Numbered from the stretch's first letter, positions 1 through 9,711 are shown. The stretch is 64,000 bases of DNA from Limisphaerales bacterium (GCA_965227305.1 OZ245740.1:10264497-10328496); one strand, 5' to 3'. Program-made: numbers and translations. Notes: generated from the sequence alone by a model not told the origin.

Positions 1-699
1 ACCGCGTGGGAGCATCAGGATTGGGGTGATGATACCGAAGATGGCCGGGCTGTTGACGGCCGCGGTTTCAAGGACTCGTAGGCGTTGGTGGGAGATCCGC
101 AGGCGCTCGGCCGCTTCGGCGACTTCGCATAGGGTTTGGGCCGAGGGTTCCCCGCCTTCGCGATGGAGTCGCCACCGAAAATGACTGGCTTGAAAGATGA
201 GTTTTGCCAGGAGAACGGCTGCTCCGGTGAGCCAGATGCCCATGAGCCAGGGGAGGATTGTCTCGTAGCTCGGCTGCGAGAATGCTGCTGTCGCCTTGGG
301 ACTCGCTTTCGTTGGTGCTACGAATGGGGGAGCGGGGTGAGTCCCGATCGGTTCAGATGGGGGCGGACTAACCGATAGCGCATTACGCGGGGGTGCCTCT
401 GTCGGTGGTGTTTCATGTGAGACGAGTTCCGGGGTTGGGGTGGCGGGCGATACGCCGGTTTCAACCCGGACGGGCGCGCGAGTCGATTCAGCTTCCGGGA
501 GTCGAATCACACCGAGCGGACTAGTGGGCGCTTGCGGGAGTAGGAGCCGGAAGAAGACCACCAGCCAAAGGAGATGCCGCCAGCGGGCGGTCAGACGATG
601 GCGAAGTAGCCATTGTAGTAACAAAACAACGGGCACCAAGAGCGCGGCGTGGGCGCTGGCACGGGCCACCGACATGGCCGCTGGGGTCAACCATTCCAT
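1..699 (-). CDS. BlaR1/MecR1-like M56 family membrane metallopeptidase, N-terminal part (runs off the window start)
   Basis: Not in the ORF track. Manual translation from ATG 699 gives MEWLTPAAMSVARASAHAALLVPVVLLLQWLLRHRLTARWRHLLWLVVFFRLLLP, and the window edge reads AVNSPAIFGIITPILMLPRG in the same frame. Both are typical M56 motifs. Starts 2 bp after the BlaI-family stop. Confidence 0.85.
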   Translation of the reverse strand, partial: MEWLTPAAMSVARASAHAALLVPVVLLLQWLLRHRLTARWRHLLWLVVFFRLLLPQAPTSPLGVIRLPEAESTRAPVRVETGVSPATPTPELVSHETPPTEAPPRNALSVSPPPSEPIGTHPAPPFVAPTKASPKATAAFSQPSYETILPWLMGIWLTGAAVLLAKLIFQASHFRWRLHREGGEPSAQTLCEVAEAAERLRISHQRLRVLETAAVNSPAIFGIITPILMLPRG

Positions 700-701
700 T
701 T

Positions 702-1085
702 CTATTCCTCCTTTTCCTTCAGGATGCGGCGTAACTCTTGGATATCGCCCTTCGAGAGCTCGGTCTCCTTGACCAAATCCAAGACGATCGATGCCGGAGC
801 CCCCCCGAAGACCCGGTCAATGAACGTGCGGCTCTCTTGTCGAATGCAGGCTTCCATCGATACCAGCGGCCAGTAGAGAAACCGCCGCCCCGCTTTCTCC
901 GTTCGCAGCGCCCCTTTCTTAACCAAGCGGGTCAATAAAGTGCGCACGGTTCCGAGACTCCACTGACGATCCTTGGAAAGTGCGTCGAGCACTTGGGTGG
1001 CGGCGACCGGTGGCTGTTGCCATGCAATCGAAAGGACATCCCACTCGGCGTCGGTGATGCGGATGGATTTTTTGGGTTGGCTCAT
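702..1085 (-). CDS. BlaI/MecI/CopY family transcriptional repressor
   Basis: C-terminal part of ORF 702..1589: ITDAEWDVLSIAW...WSLGTVRTLLTRLVKKGAL...GRRFLYWP...FIDRVFGG. Start reset to MSQPKK. Confidence 0.92.
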   Translation of the reverse strand: MSQPKKSIRITDAEWDVLSIAWQQPPVAATQVLDALSKDRQWSLGTVRTLLTRLVKKGALRTEKAGRRFLYWPLVSMEACIRQESRTFIDRVFGGAPASIVLDLVKETELSKGDIQELRRILKEKEE

Positions 1086-1090
1086 GATAT

Positions 1091-1139
1091 CTGCGACAGT
1101 TGTCGCATTTAAAATGGTACAACTGTCGCAGGTAGTCAA
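1091..1139 (-). promoter_or_regulatory. Putative BlaI-family operator pair and promoter
   Basis: Palindrome TGCGACA-GT-TGTCGCA (1092-1107) and a second site GGTACA-AC-TGTCGCA (1116-1130), resembling the ACA-NN-TGT core of BlaI/MecI/CopY boxes. TTGACT (-35-like) lies on the minus strand at 1134-1139. Confidence 0.7.
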
Positions 1140-1257
1140 GAGGCGATTCCGGATTTGTTCTTTGACCTCGGAGTGTTCGGGGCCGGCGAGCTTCTGGGGG
1201 ACGAATTGCCGTGGCTTCGCGGTTGCTTCGGGAAACGACGGTGGGTTAAATGGCGGG

Positions 1258-3600
1258 ATGTTGTTTCGATTGAAGCGAATGCGATTTGGGGCCTTGGTTG
1301 GGGTTGTTTTGCTGTTGCTTGGAAGCATTCCGAGCGTAGCAGATGTCGGCGGCGCGCTCGACCAAGCGGGTGCCAATCGAGCCGAGTTGGAGGCATTTGT
1401 GGCGCATGCGGCGGACGCGCATGGAGATTTTGGGCAGCGTGCGGCGGAGTTCCTGGTGCGATACATGCCGGAGAAGGATCGCCAATCTCTAAGTGCGGCC
1501 TTCCTCAATGAGAATCTGGATTTTGCTCTGCGGGCCAGGGCCGAGTTTCCGTGGGCGCAAAAGGTGTCCGAAGCGATGTTTTTCAACAACGTGTTGCCTT
1601 ACGCTTCGTTGGATGAATCTCGTGAACGGTGGCGGCCGGGCTTGTACGAAAAAGCCAAAGCCATCGTGGCCGACGCGGAAACCGCTACCGAAGCCGTGCA
1701 GGCAATCAACCGGGAGTTATTCAACGTGATCAATGTGCACTACAACACGGGGCGCAAACGCCCGAACCAAAGCCCGGACGAATCAATCCAACAGGGACGA
1801 GCCACCTGCACGGGATTATCGATCATTCTCGTTGACGCCTGTCGTGCCGTGGGCATTCCGGCGCGGATCACCGGGACACCGCTTTGGACCAACAACCGGG
1901 GGAATCACACCTGGACCGAGATCTGGGATGGGGGCTGGCACTTTACCGGATCGGATGAGTACGATGCGAAGGGGCTGGATCGTGGTTGGTTTGTCGGAGC
2001 GGCCGGTAAAGCGGATCGAACCCAAGCCCGCTATTCCATCTACTCCAGCTCTTGGAAACCCGCGGACACCCATTTCCCGATGGTGTGGGCGCGTGGGGAT
2101 GAATCGGTGCCGGCCTACAACGTTACCGACCGGTATGCCGTTGCGGGTAAGGAAGGTGCGGATGCCCATGAATTAATGGTGCGGGTCCGTGACACGCAGG
2201 GTGGGGAGCGTTTGGCGGTGAAGGCCGAATTGCTTGATGCGGACAATCAGGTCGTGACCGGCGTCATGACCAAGGCGGGGCGGGCGGATCTTAATGATAT
2301 CGCCGCGTTGACGTGTCGTCCGAACGCCTCCTTTTGGTTGCGTTTGAGTCATGGTGATGAGGAGAAGCGCATTCCGATCGCTCGACAAGCGGATGGTCCC
2401 GTGACTTTGGATTTGGTTTGGGCGGCGTTGCCCAGTTCGGCCGCTTCGGAATCGGATCCGGTGGCTGCAATCAAGGCTTGGTTAGCGGTGCCCGAAGCCG
2501 TGCGTCCGGAACTTCCTGCGGGAGCCGCCGAGGGATGGTCTGTTGAACAGGCGGAACGAGTGGTTACGATGGTCTGGCAGGATCTCGTGGCGCAGGAACG
2601 AAAGGCGCGTGCTCAAGAGTTGAAGGATCAGGTGATCCGTCTTGGCGATCATGAGTTGAAGTTTAAGGAACGTGTGTTTGGTGAAGCGCCCGATGCGGGG
2701 CATTCGTTGTGGATTTCCATGCACGGTGGTGGTGGTGCGCCACCTGCGGTCAACGACCGGCAGTGGGAGAATCAGATCCGGCTCTACGAACCGGAAGAGG
2801 GCATCTACGTGGCGCCGCGCGCTCCCACGGATACCTGGAACCTGTGGCATCAAGCCCACATTGATGCCTTGTTCCAACGCTTGATTGAAGACTATGTGAT
2901 TGCTCGCGGGGTGGATCCGAATCGGGTGTATGTCATGGGATACTCGGCCGGTGGGGATGGGGTTTACCAATTGGGTCCGCGGATGGCGGATCGCTGGGCC
3001 GCCGCGGCGATGATGGCGGGGCATCCGAATGAGACGAAACCGATCAGCCTACGGAATCTCCCCTTTGCTCTCTTCATGGGAGGAGAGGACAAGGCTTATA
3101 AACGAAATGAAGTCGCGGCGAGCTGGGGCGAGTCCTTGGGACAACTGCGGAACCAGGATCCAGACGGCTACCCGCACTGGGTGCAGATCTATCCCGGGAA
3201 AGGGCACTGGATGGAGCGGGAAGATCGGGAGGCCTTGCCTTGGATGCAAAAGTATTCCCGCAACGTGTGGCCCAGCCGGATCGAATGGTTGCAAGACGAT
3301 GTGGTTCACGAGCGGTTTTATTGGTTGGAAGTATCCCGCGAAGCGATTGCCGATCGGCAACGGATCACGGCCGAGGTGAACGGGCAATCGGTGACGATTG
3401 AAGCCGACGGGGTAACCTCGGTGGCGTTGCGACTCCGGGACGGTTTGATTGATCTGGATCAGCCCATCCGGGTGATGGCAAACGGCGAACAAGTCTTTTC
3501 GGGTAAGGTCCCGAGATCCTTCGCTGCCATTCGCCGTTCGCTAGAGCAACGGGCGGAACCGTCCTCCGTGGCCACGGCTTATTTACCGCTTTCTTGGTAG
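1258..3600 (+). CDS. Secreted transglutaminase-like domain + alpha/beta hydrolase (esterase/PHB depolymerase-like) fusion
   Basis: Signal peptide; ATCTGLSIILVDACRAVGIPAR and NHTWTE (transglutaminase-like Cys/His); MHGGG, GYSAGG nucleophile elbow and GKGHW. Start is 1258 or 1279. Confidence 0.75.
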   Translation: MLFRLKRMRFGALVGVVLLLLGSIPSVADVGGALDQAGANRAELEAFVAHAADAHGDFGQRAAEFLVRYMPEKDRQSLSAAFLNENLDFALRARAEFPWAQKVSEAMFFNNVLPYASLDESRERWRPGLYEKAKAIVADAETATEAVQAINRELFNVINVHYNTGRKRPNQSPDESIQQGRATCTGLSIILVDACRAVGIPARITGTPLWTNNRGNHTWTEIWDGGWHFTGSDEYDAKGLDRGWFVGAAGKADRTQARYSIYSSSWKPADTHFPMVWARGDESVPAYNVTDRYAVAGKEGADAHELMVRVRDTQGGERLAVKAELLDADNQVVTGVMTKAGRADLNDIAALTCRPNASFWLRLSHGDEEKRIPIARQADGPVTLDLVWAALPSSAASESDPVAAIKAWLAVPEAVRPELPAGAAEGWSVEQAERVVTMVWQDLVAQERKARAQELKDQVIRLGDHELKFKERVFGEAPDAGHSLWISMHGGGGAPPAVNDRQWENQIRLYEPEEGIYVAPRAPTDTWNLWHQAHIDALFQRLIEDYVIARGVDPNRVYVMGYSAGGDGVYQLGPRMADRWAAAAMMAGHPNETKPISLRNLPFALFMGGEDKAYKRNEVAASWGESLGQLRNQDPDGYPHWVQIYPGKGHWMEREDREALPWMQKYSRNVWPSRIEWLQDDVVHERFYWLEVSREAIADRQRITAEVNGQSVTIEADGVTSVALRLRDGLIDLDQPIRVMANGEQVFSGKVPRSFAAIRRSLEQRAEPSSVATAYLPLSW

Positions 3601-3603
3601 GTT

Positions 3604-6108
3604 TTAGTGCCCGCGTTCGGCTGCTTCGGTGGCGATCTGCTGGTATTGAGCAATCGCCCACTCGAAGGTGGCTTCCGCAGCTTTGCGCTCCGAGGCGGCG
3701 ATCTGTCGATGGCGAGCGCGCCAGAGTTGCCGGATGGTTTCTTGGCACCAACGGGCACTGCGGGCGTTGGCCCGAATGGGGCGGTTCGCGACCAAAACGT
3801 CCACGGGATTGGTGTGCAGTTGGGGGAAGTGGCGGAGGGCGAACCAACTGCTGTCCGCGACTGGCACCTTAAACGTCAAGCGGCGTATGTGCCCATTCGC
3901 CGGAAAGGTCTGAGTGGCGATGACTCGACCATTCTGCACGAGTTCGACCCGGCGCTGGCCACCCTCCACTTCCGTGGTCGGGGGTGGTCCGTGAAAGGTG
4001 ACGGTGTCTCCCACAAAGCGAGAGCCTCCCACCGGGGTGATTTGGCCTTGGGCAACGGTCTCCGGAGTGCGCGGGGCAAAGGCGACCTCGGCGGTGACGG
4101 TGACGGATCCGGGTTGTTCCAAGTGCACGGACCCGGATCCCGGTCGGGTTTGATTCACGGCGAAGTCGAGGGCATGTGCAAAGCCGTCGGAGACGTACGA
4201 GCGTCCCGCGGCTAAGCCTTGGCACCACTCGGTGAAATCGAGGCGCCGCTGTTTCCCGAGTCGAACATAGACTCGCCCTTGGCCCACGCGGCTCCCACTC
4301 ATGCAGGGGAAGTCGGTCTCGCCGCTCACCTTCAAAGGGAACCCGCAGTTGAGGATGTGATAAAACATATTCCATTCCGGAATGCGGGCGGTATCCATTG
4401 CGCTGATAAAATCACAGACACCGGCCGCGACCGAGACGCAGATCTCCATGGCGCCCACACTATTCATTTCTGGGATGGCGAAATTGGGGAGCGTGTCGGC
4501 GGCGGAATCGATTGCCGAGCGGAGTTCACTGGGAGCGAGGCCTTCGTCGTGGTCTTGGTCGGTTGCCGAGAAGGATTGGGGGAGGAGAGCGAGCTTTGCT
4601 TCGGCCCGCGTGAGCGTGCCGTCGCGATTGGCGTCGAACTCGGTGAAGAGGCGTTGAGTCGCGCGGGTCGGATTGATTTGTAGGCCGCTCGCGGAGTGAG
4701 CGTAGCCGGTGATCCCGCCCTGTTCCCTAGCCCAGCGGAGGACGGGTGTGGTCCAAGTGGGCCAGCCTTTGTCTTTGGTGCCCTCGGAACCTGGGTAGGT
4801 TTGGTTCTTCAGATTCAGCAGGCACACATGACCCAAGGCGGCGGAACCGAAGCCGCTGATTTCGAGGTCGTATTTCATCAGCGTCTTGGACTCGCTCAAG
4901 GCATCGACGGCGGCATCAAAGAATTGGCGCTGGAACTCGAAACACGGTCCCCAGGTGAGAACACAACCCACGTTGAGCCCTTCGCCCTTGACTTGGCGAA
5001 ACATGTCGGCGGGGGTGACTCCCAGGGTGGGCATGTTGTAGTGGGCGCAGCCGGCACCGTGGATGTGGTGATCGCCGGAGTAGAATCCGTAATCTTCGGG
5101 ACGGATCCAGCGTTCCAGTTGGAAGCGGAGTTCTGGGGTGGGGTTTGCGGCGTCGATGATGACGCTCCGTTCTTGGGTGCGATATTCCGGGCCCCGTGAA
5201 GATGTGACGGAAAACTGGCCTGGTGGAAGCGTGACCGTTTCGCCATCACTGCGATAGACCTGCTCTTGAAAATAAAAGTCGGGTGCCAGTCGTTTGGCTT
5301 GAGGCGGGTAGACATGACCCTGGGCATCCCGGAACACGAAACGACCCGTCGTGGGCTGATTGTCTTCGTCGAGCACGCGGAGTTTCACTTCGATCGCGGG
5401 CTGGACCTGGAAGAGGGTGGCGACCTCGCCCCGAAAGCCAATGTCTTGGTTGCCTTGGCCGACGTCAAAACCGATGGTGGCTTCCCATTGTCCCGCTGTG
5501 TGGGCGTAGATGAGTCCGATGGCATATTCGGTTTGGAGTCCCGAGAGGTGTTCTTGCATGGGTGGTTTTTGATACATCTCGAGCGCCAGGAAACGGTCGG
5601 GGTCTGATTCTGCGACGGATGTCTCGGCCAAGGCCTCGCGCTGCATCCGGACGGCCGAGAGTGGTGTCATTCCGGCGTAGACGGGGCCGCTTTGCGGGCT
5701 GAGGATCCGGAGTTGTTCCACGCTCGTACTCTGATTCGTGACTTTGATTAGCACTGGGGTGTAGCCGCCTTGTTGTAGCGGAATCGGACCTGGTCGTTTG
5801 CGGACTTTGACACGTACTTCGGGATTGATGTGAACGAAGAAGCTGACCTCGCTCTCGATGGCCTCGGCGAGCGCTTCGGAGTCATCCGTGGGATTCGCGT
5901 TTTGCAGGCTACCTAGGATGGTCTCATCCAGTGGTGCGCCCAAGAAGTTTAGGGTCTCGGCCACCCGAAGAAGGTTCGCGCGAAGGGGTTGAAAGGGAGT
6001 GCTGGTTGCAGGCTCCTGCGCCAGCGTGTGTTCCAGCAAGGTTGCTGTGAGGCAGATCCAGAGTAGCCGAATCGCGAACTGATTGTTTCGGTCTATGGCG
6101 GTGTTCAT
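3604..6108 (-). CDS. CehA/McbA family (PHP-like) metallohydrolase, secreted, with inserted EF-hand pair
   Basis: GDHHIHGAGCAH, YAHSASG and SGETDFPC motifs; EF-hand-like DANRDGTLTRAE and DQDHDEGLAPSE. Confidence 0.75.
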   Translation of the reverse strand: MNTAIDRNNQFAIRLLWICLTATLLEHTLAQEPATSTPFQPLRANLLRVAETLNFLGAPLDETILGSLQNANPTDDSEALAEAIESEVSFFVHINPEVRVKVRKRPGPIPLQQGGYTPVLIKVTNQSTSVEQLRILSPQSGPVYAGMTPLSAVRMQREALAETSVAESDPDRFLALEMYQKPPMQEHLSGLQTEYAIGLIYAHTAGQWEATIGFDVGQGNQDIGFRGEVATLFQVQPAIEVKLRVLDEDNQPTTGRFVFRDAQGHVYPPQAKRLAPDFYFQEQVYRSDGETVTLPPGQFSVTSSRGPEYRTQERSVIIDAANPTPELRFQLERWIRPEDYGFYSGDHHIHGAGCAHYNMPTLGVTPADMFRQVKGEGLNVGCVLTWGPCFEFQRQFFDAAVDALSESKTLMKYDLEISGFGSAALGHVCLLNLKNQTYPGSEGTKDKGWPTWTTPVLRWAREQGGITGYAHSASGLQINPTRATQRLFTEFDANRDGTLTRAEAKLALLPQSFSATDQDHDEGLAPSELRSAIDSAADTLPNFAIPEMNSVGAMEICVSVAAGVCDFISAMDTARIPEWNMFYHILNCGFPLKVSGETDFPCMSGSRVGQGRVYVRLGKQRRLDFTEWCQGLAAGRSYVSDGFAHALDFAVNQTRPGSGSVHLEQPGSVTVTAEVAFAPRTPETVAQGQITPVGGSRFVGDTVTFHGPPPTTEVEGGQRRVELVQNGRVIATQTFPANGHIRRLTFKVPVADSSWFALRHFPQLHTNPVDVLVANRPIRANARSARWCQETIRQLWRARHRQIAASERKAAEATFEWAIAQYQQIATEAAERGH

Positions 6109-6213
6109 GATGATGGGGCGACGGCTCAACTTAGGCTTTCGGAGGGAAAGTGCAATCCCAGAGACAGTGAGGGAGGATCGAAAAAGGATGCCGTTCTAAG
6201 AGGGAGTCCGGAT

Positions 6214-6324
6214 GGTAGGGCGAGCGTACTCGCGAGCCGTTGGGCAAGAGACGGGAACGCGAACACCGAAGGCTAAGAGGGACGCCGCTCTTGCCCAACG
6301 GCTCGCGGGTACGCTCGCCCTACC
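6214..6324. repeat. REPIN-like inverted-repeat element (family A)
   Basis: GGTAGGGCGAGCGTACTCGCGAGCCGTTGGGCAAGAG...CTCTTGCCCAACGGCTCGCGGGTACGCTCGCCCTACC, with arms of about 37 bp. Recurs at 18021, 27968, 39617, 10586 and 8033. Confidence 0.9.
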
Positions 6325-6447
6325 GCCTTTCGCCCCTCTGGGGCTCTTGGGGGTGGAGGGACGCGGGAAATCGTTTGAGTTCGTTGGGGAACCAGCCTAC
6401 GCTTTGGTTCAGTCCCACACACTTGGATGTGATAACGCATTAGTACG

Positions 6448-8025
6448 ATGGAAGTTCCTCTGCTGGTTACCGATTTCTTGCACCGTGCGGCCACCCTGTA
6501 TCCGGATAAGGTCGCCATTATCGAAGGTTCGCTCCGCTACACGTATCGTGAGTTTCAGCAGAGGGCCAATCAGCTGTCTCACGCCTTACTCGCGGCCGGA
6601 ATCGGCAAAGGAGATCGCGTTTGTATCCTCAGTCCGAACTCGCATTACTTCTTAGAAAGTTTTTATGGGGTGAGTCAGATCGGGGCCGTGCTGGTGCCGT
6701 TGAACTACCGGTTGGTGGCGGAAGACCACGAATACATCATCAACCACGCCGGGGTGAAAGCGCTGTTAGTGGATCCAGATTATCTCGAAATGGTGGATGC
6801 CATTCGCGCTTCCTTGAGCGCCGTGTCTGTCTGGATCGCCGCCCAGGGGGAAGGGACGGTGACGGAACAATGGGAATCCTGGGATGCTTGGATTGCGCCG
6901 CAGTCGACCGAGTTGCCGCCCGATCCGGGGCTGTCTGAGTCGGACCTGGTTTCCATCAACTATACCTCAGGGACGACCGCACGGCCGAAGGGGGTGATGT
7001 TGACGCATCGAAACTGTTACTTGAACGCGTACAATTTGATCATTCATGTGCAGATGCGGCATGAAGACGTCGAGTTGTGGACCTTGCCGATGTTCCACTG
7101 CAACGGGTGGGGCGGGGTGTATGCGCTGACGGGATTGGGCGGTACGCATGTGGTGTTGCGAGCGGTGCAGGCCAAGACAATCTTTGAGTTGATCGAAAGC
7201 CACGGCGTGACCCTAGCCTGTATGGCGCCTACGGTTTTGAGCACGATTCTGGAGTATCCGGATCGGGATCAGCACACGATTGCAACCTCGCCACGGTTCG
7301 TGGTGGCCGGTGCGCCGCCGCCCGCCGCCTTTATTGAGCGATTGGAGACAGAGTTGGGCTGGCACTTTATCGAGATCTATGGTCTTACGGAAACCTCCCC
7401 GTTGCTCACTGTCACGCCGGTGGATCACCATACGGAGACGCCCGATTACGCTCGCCGTAGCCGGGCGGGGATTCCGGTGTTGGGCGTGACCCACAAGGTA
7501 TGTGATGACGCGGGGAATCCGGTGCCCCAGGATGATCAAACCATTGGCGAGGTTTGTGGTCGATCCAATGTGATCTTCAAAGGGTATTGGGAACAACCCG
7601 AGGCTACGTCCGAGTGTTTGAAGGATGGGTGGTTTCACACTGGAGATTTAGCTACTTGGGATAGCACGGGGAGTATCAATATTGTGGATCGCAAGAAGGA
7701 CGTCATCATCTCCGGGGGCGAGAATATCAGCTCGCCGGAAGTGGAAGCCGTGCTTTACCGGCATGAGGCGGTGTTGGAGTGTGCGGTGATCGGCGTGCCC
7801 CATGAGCAATGGGGGGAAACACCGAAGGCGTTGATTGTGCTCCGCGACGGCGCGTCGGCAACGGAGGCGGACATCATTTCGTTTTGTCGCGAGAGCATGG
7901 CTCATTTCAAGTGTCCCACCTCGGTCGAGTTTCTCCACGCGTTGCCGCGGACGGCGACGGGGAAGTTGCAGAAATTTCGGTTGCGAGAACGTTACTGGAA
8001 GGGGCAGACCAAACGAGTGAACTAG
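6448..8025 (+). CDS. Long-chain fatty acid/acyl-CoA synthetase (AMP-binding enzyme)
   Basis: YTSGTTARPKG P-loop, YGLTE, GWFHTGD, DRKKDVIISGGENI, TATGKLQK. Confidence 0.93.
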   Translation: MEVPLLVTDFLHRAATLYPDKVAIIEGSLRYTYREFQQRANQLSHALLAAGIGKGDRVCILSPNSHYFLESFYGVSQIGAVLVPLNYRLVAEDHEYIINHAGVKALLVDPDYLEMVDAIRASLSAVSVWIAAQGEGTVTEQWESWDAWIAPQSTELPPDPGLSESDLVSINYTSGTTARPKGVMLTHRNCYLNAYNLIIHVQMRHEDVELWTLPMFHCNGWGGVYALTGLGGTHVVLRAVQAKTIFELIESHGVTLACMAPTVLSTILEYPDRDQHTIATSPRFVVAGAPPPAAFIERLETELGWHFIEIYGLTETSPLLTVTPVDHHTETPDYARRSRAGIPVLGVTHKVCDDAGNPVPQDDQTIGEVCGRSNVIFKGYWEQPEATSECLKDGWFHTGDLATWDSTGSINIVDRKKDVIISGGENISSPEVEAVLYRHEAVLECAVIGVPHEQWGETPKALIVLRDGASATEADIISFCRESMAHFKCPTSVEFLHALPRTATGKLQKFRLRERYWKGQTKRVN

Positions 8026-8032
8026 TCCGGCC

Positions 8033-8074
8033 GGTAGGGCGGCTGGTGGGGCGAGCGTACCCGCGAGCCCTACC
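8033..8074. repeat. Degenerate family A REP remnant
   Basis: GGTAGGGC...GGTGGGGCGAGCGTACCCGCGAGCCCTACC just after the synthetase stop. Confidence 0.7.
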
Positions 8075-8206
8075 TTTTGCTGATTGCCCCGTTTTTTGGC
8101 GGGAGGGCCGAATCCCAACGTCTCCACTTTGCTGGAAAACCGTTGGCATTCGTGAGGGGAGTGCGCTAGGTTGGCGACAGTCTCTACGGGGTAGTGATGC
8201 ACTGGT

Positions 8207-8551
8207 ATGGAATGGCGAGTGATTGAGTATCGCGACGAAGCGTCCTGGTCGGCAAGTGATGCCGACCAGCCGGATGCCGTTTCGAGTCAACGCGTTCGGC
8301 CCGGTTTGGTGAATTATTTGGCCGCCGGAGTCGGCTTGGTGTTGACCGGCATTTTGGCCGTGTTTGCCTTCAGCTTCCTGGTGGTGGTGGTCTTGCCCTT
8401 GGCGGCGATTGGGGGCGGGATATGCTGGTGGCGTTGGCGCCGCATGCTGCAACAGGCGCAGAACCAGGCTCGGCAATCCGTGAAAAGCCCCGGTGGCACC
8501 AGTGCGACCCGCGTGCGTCGGGCGGATCGCGAAGACGTGATCGATATTTAG
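8207..8551 (+). CDS. Small membrane hypothetical protein
   Basis: 114 aa with a long hydrophobic stretch followed by basic residues; ends EDVIDI. Confidence 0.65.
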   Translation: MEWRVIEYRDEASWSASDADQPDAVSSQRVRPGLVNYLAAGVGLVLTGILAVFAFSFLVVVVLPLAAIGGGICWWRWRRMLQQAQNQARQSVKSPGGTSATRVRRADREDVIDI

Positions 8552-8584
8552 TTTCTAGCGCTTCGTTTTAGCGCGGCCTGTTTC

Positions 8585-9646
8585 TTAAGCTTCGTGCCCG
8601 AAAGCCGGTTTGTTCTTCCCGCTCGGAGGACGGGCCGCGAGCGCGGCGATTATCTCTTGGGTGCGTTCCTCAATAATCCCTTCGCATCGCGCAATTTCTT
8701 TTTTCCGTTGTTTCAAATGATCCGCTGCGATGGCTTGGAGGTCGTCGACGTTGTAGAGGTAGACGTTATCTTGATAGCCGACGGCCGGATCGATGTCCCG
8801 AGGGACGGCGATATCAATCAAGAGTAGAGGCCGTGCGGGACGATGCGTCAGGAGCTCCTGAAGCTTGGGTTGATCGATCACGTAGTGAGGCGCGGCGGTG
8901 CTGCTGATGATGATATCAATTTCGCGGAACGCGCCCGCCCAATCATCAAAATGAATCGCCCGTCCGCCGAGTTCTTGAGCGAGGGCTTCGGCCTTATCGT
9001 AGGATCGGTTGGAAACGATCACGCTGCTCGCCCCGCGAGAAAGGAGTGCTCGGGCGGTCTTTTCACTGGTGTCCCCGGCGCCCAAGACCATGACTTGGTG
9101 TTCCTTCAACCCGTCGAAGATCCGTTCGGCGAGCTCGACGGCGGCGGAGGCCACGGAGGTGGTTCCGCGCTGGATGTTGGTTTCGGATCGGATTTGCTTC
9201 GCAACCTGAAACGCTTTTTGGAAGGTCTTATTCAGCCGACGGCCGGTTTGTTTGTGTTGTAGGGCGACTTGGTAGGCCTGCTTGAGTTGCCCGAGGATTT
9301 CCGTTTCCCCGAGCATCATCGAGTCCAGGCCGCTGGCGACCCGGAAAAGGTGTTCGATGCCTTGGCGGCCGACGTGGGTGTAGATGGCGTCACCGGGTTG
9401 TTCCTCCACGGAGCGGTTGGCGGCAAACTGTTGTTTGAGGGATTCGCCCAGTTCGGCGGTGGCGGATTCGTGGGCGGCGTAGATCTCGACCCGATTGCAG
9501 GTGGAGAGGATAACCATCTCCTCCAGATCGGTCTCGGCGCGGAGCCGTTGCATGACCTCGGGGAGATGAGATTCGGCCACGGCGAACTGTTCCCGGAGAC
9601 TGACCGGGGACGAGTGATGGCTCAAACCGACAACAAGGAACGACAT
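8585..9646 (-). CDS. hemA: Glutamyl-tRNA reductase
   Basis: LSTCNRVEIY, GLDSMMLGETEILGQ, VLGAG, IDIAVPRDID. Confidence 0.95.
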   Translation of the reverse strand: MSFLVVGLSHHSSPVSLREQFAVAESHLPEVMQRLRAETDLEEMVILSTCNRVEIYAAHESATAELGESLKQQFAANRSVEEQPGDAIYTHVGRQGIEHLFRVASGLDSMMLGETEILGQLKQAYQVALQHKQTGRRLNKTFQKAFQVAKQIRSETNIQRGTTSVASAAVELAERIFDGLKEHQVMVLGAGDTSEKTARALLSRGASSVIVSNRSYDKAEALAQELGGRAIHFDDWAGAFREIDIIISSTAAPHYVIDQPKLQELLTHRPARPLLLIDIAVPRDIDPAVGYQDNVYLYNVDDLQAIAADHLKQRKKEIARCEGIIEERTQEIIAALAARPPSGKNKPAFGHEA

Positions 9647-9711
9647 CAGGCGGCAGTTTCAGTCAGGGTGAGTGGTGACATGGGATTGCGGTGCGGCTGC
9701 TGGGGCGAAAT

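Noticed and set aside
973-1589. Long overlap between ORFs 702..1589(-) and 973..3600(+)
   Set aside because: ORF-caller start extension. Family motifs and the signal peptide place the real starts at 1085 and about 1258-1279.
8585-9646. hemA shorter than the roughly 420-aa enterobacterial form; possible pseudogene
   Set aside because: Catalytic and NADPH-binding motifs are intact with no frameshift, and short HemA forms occur naturally.
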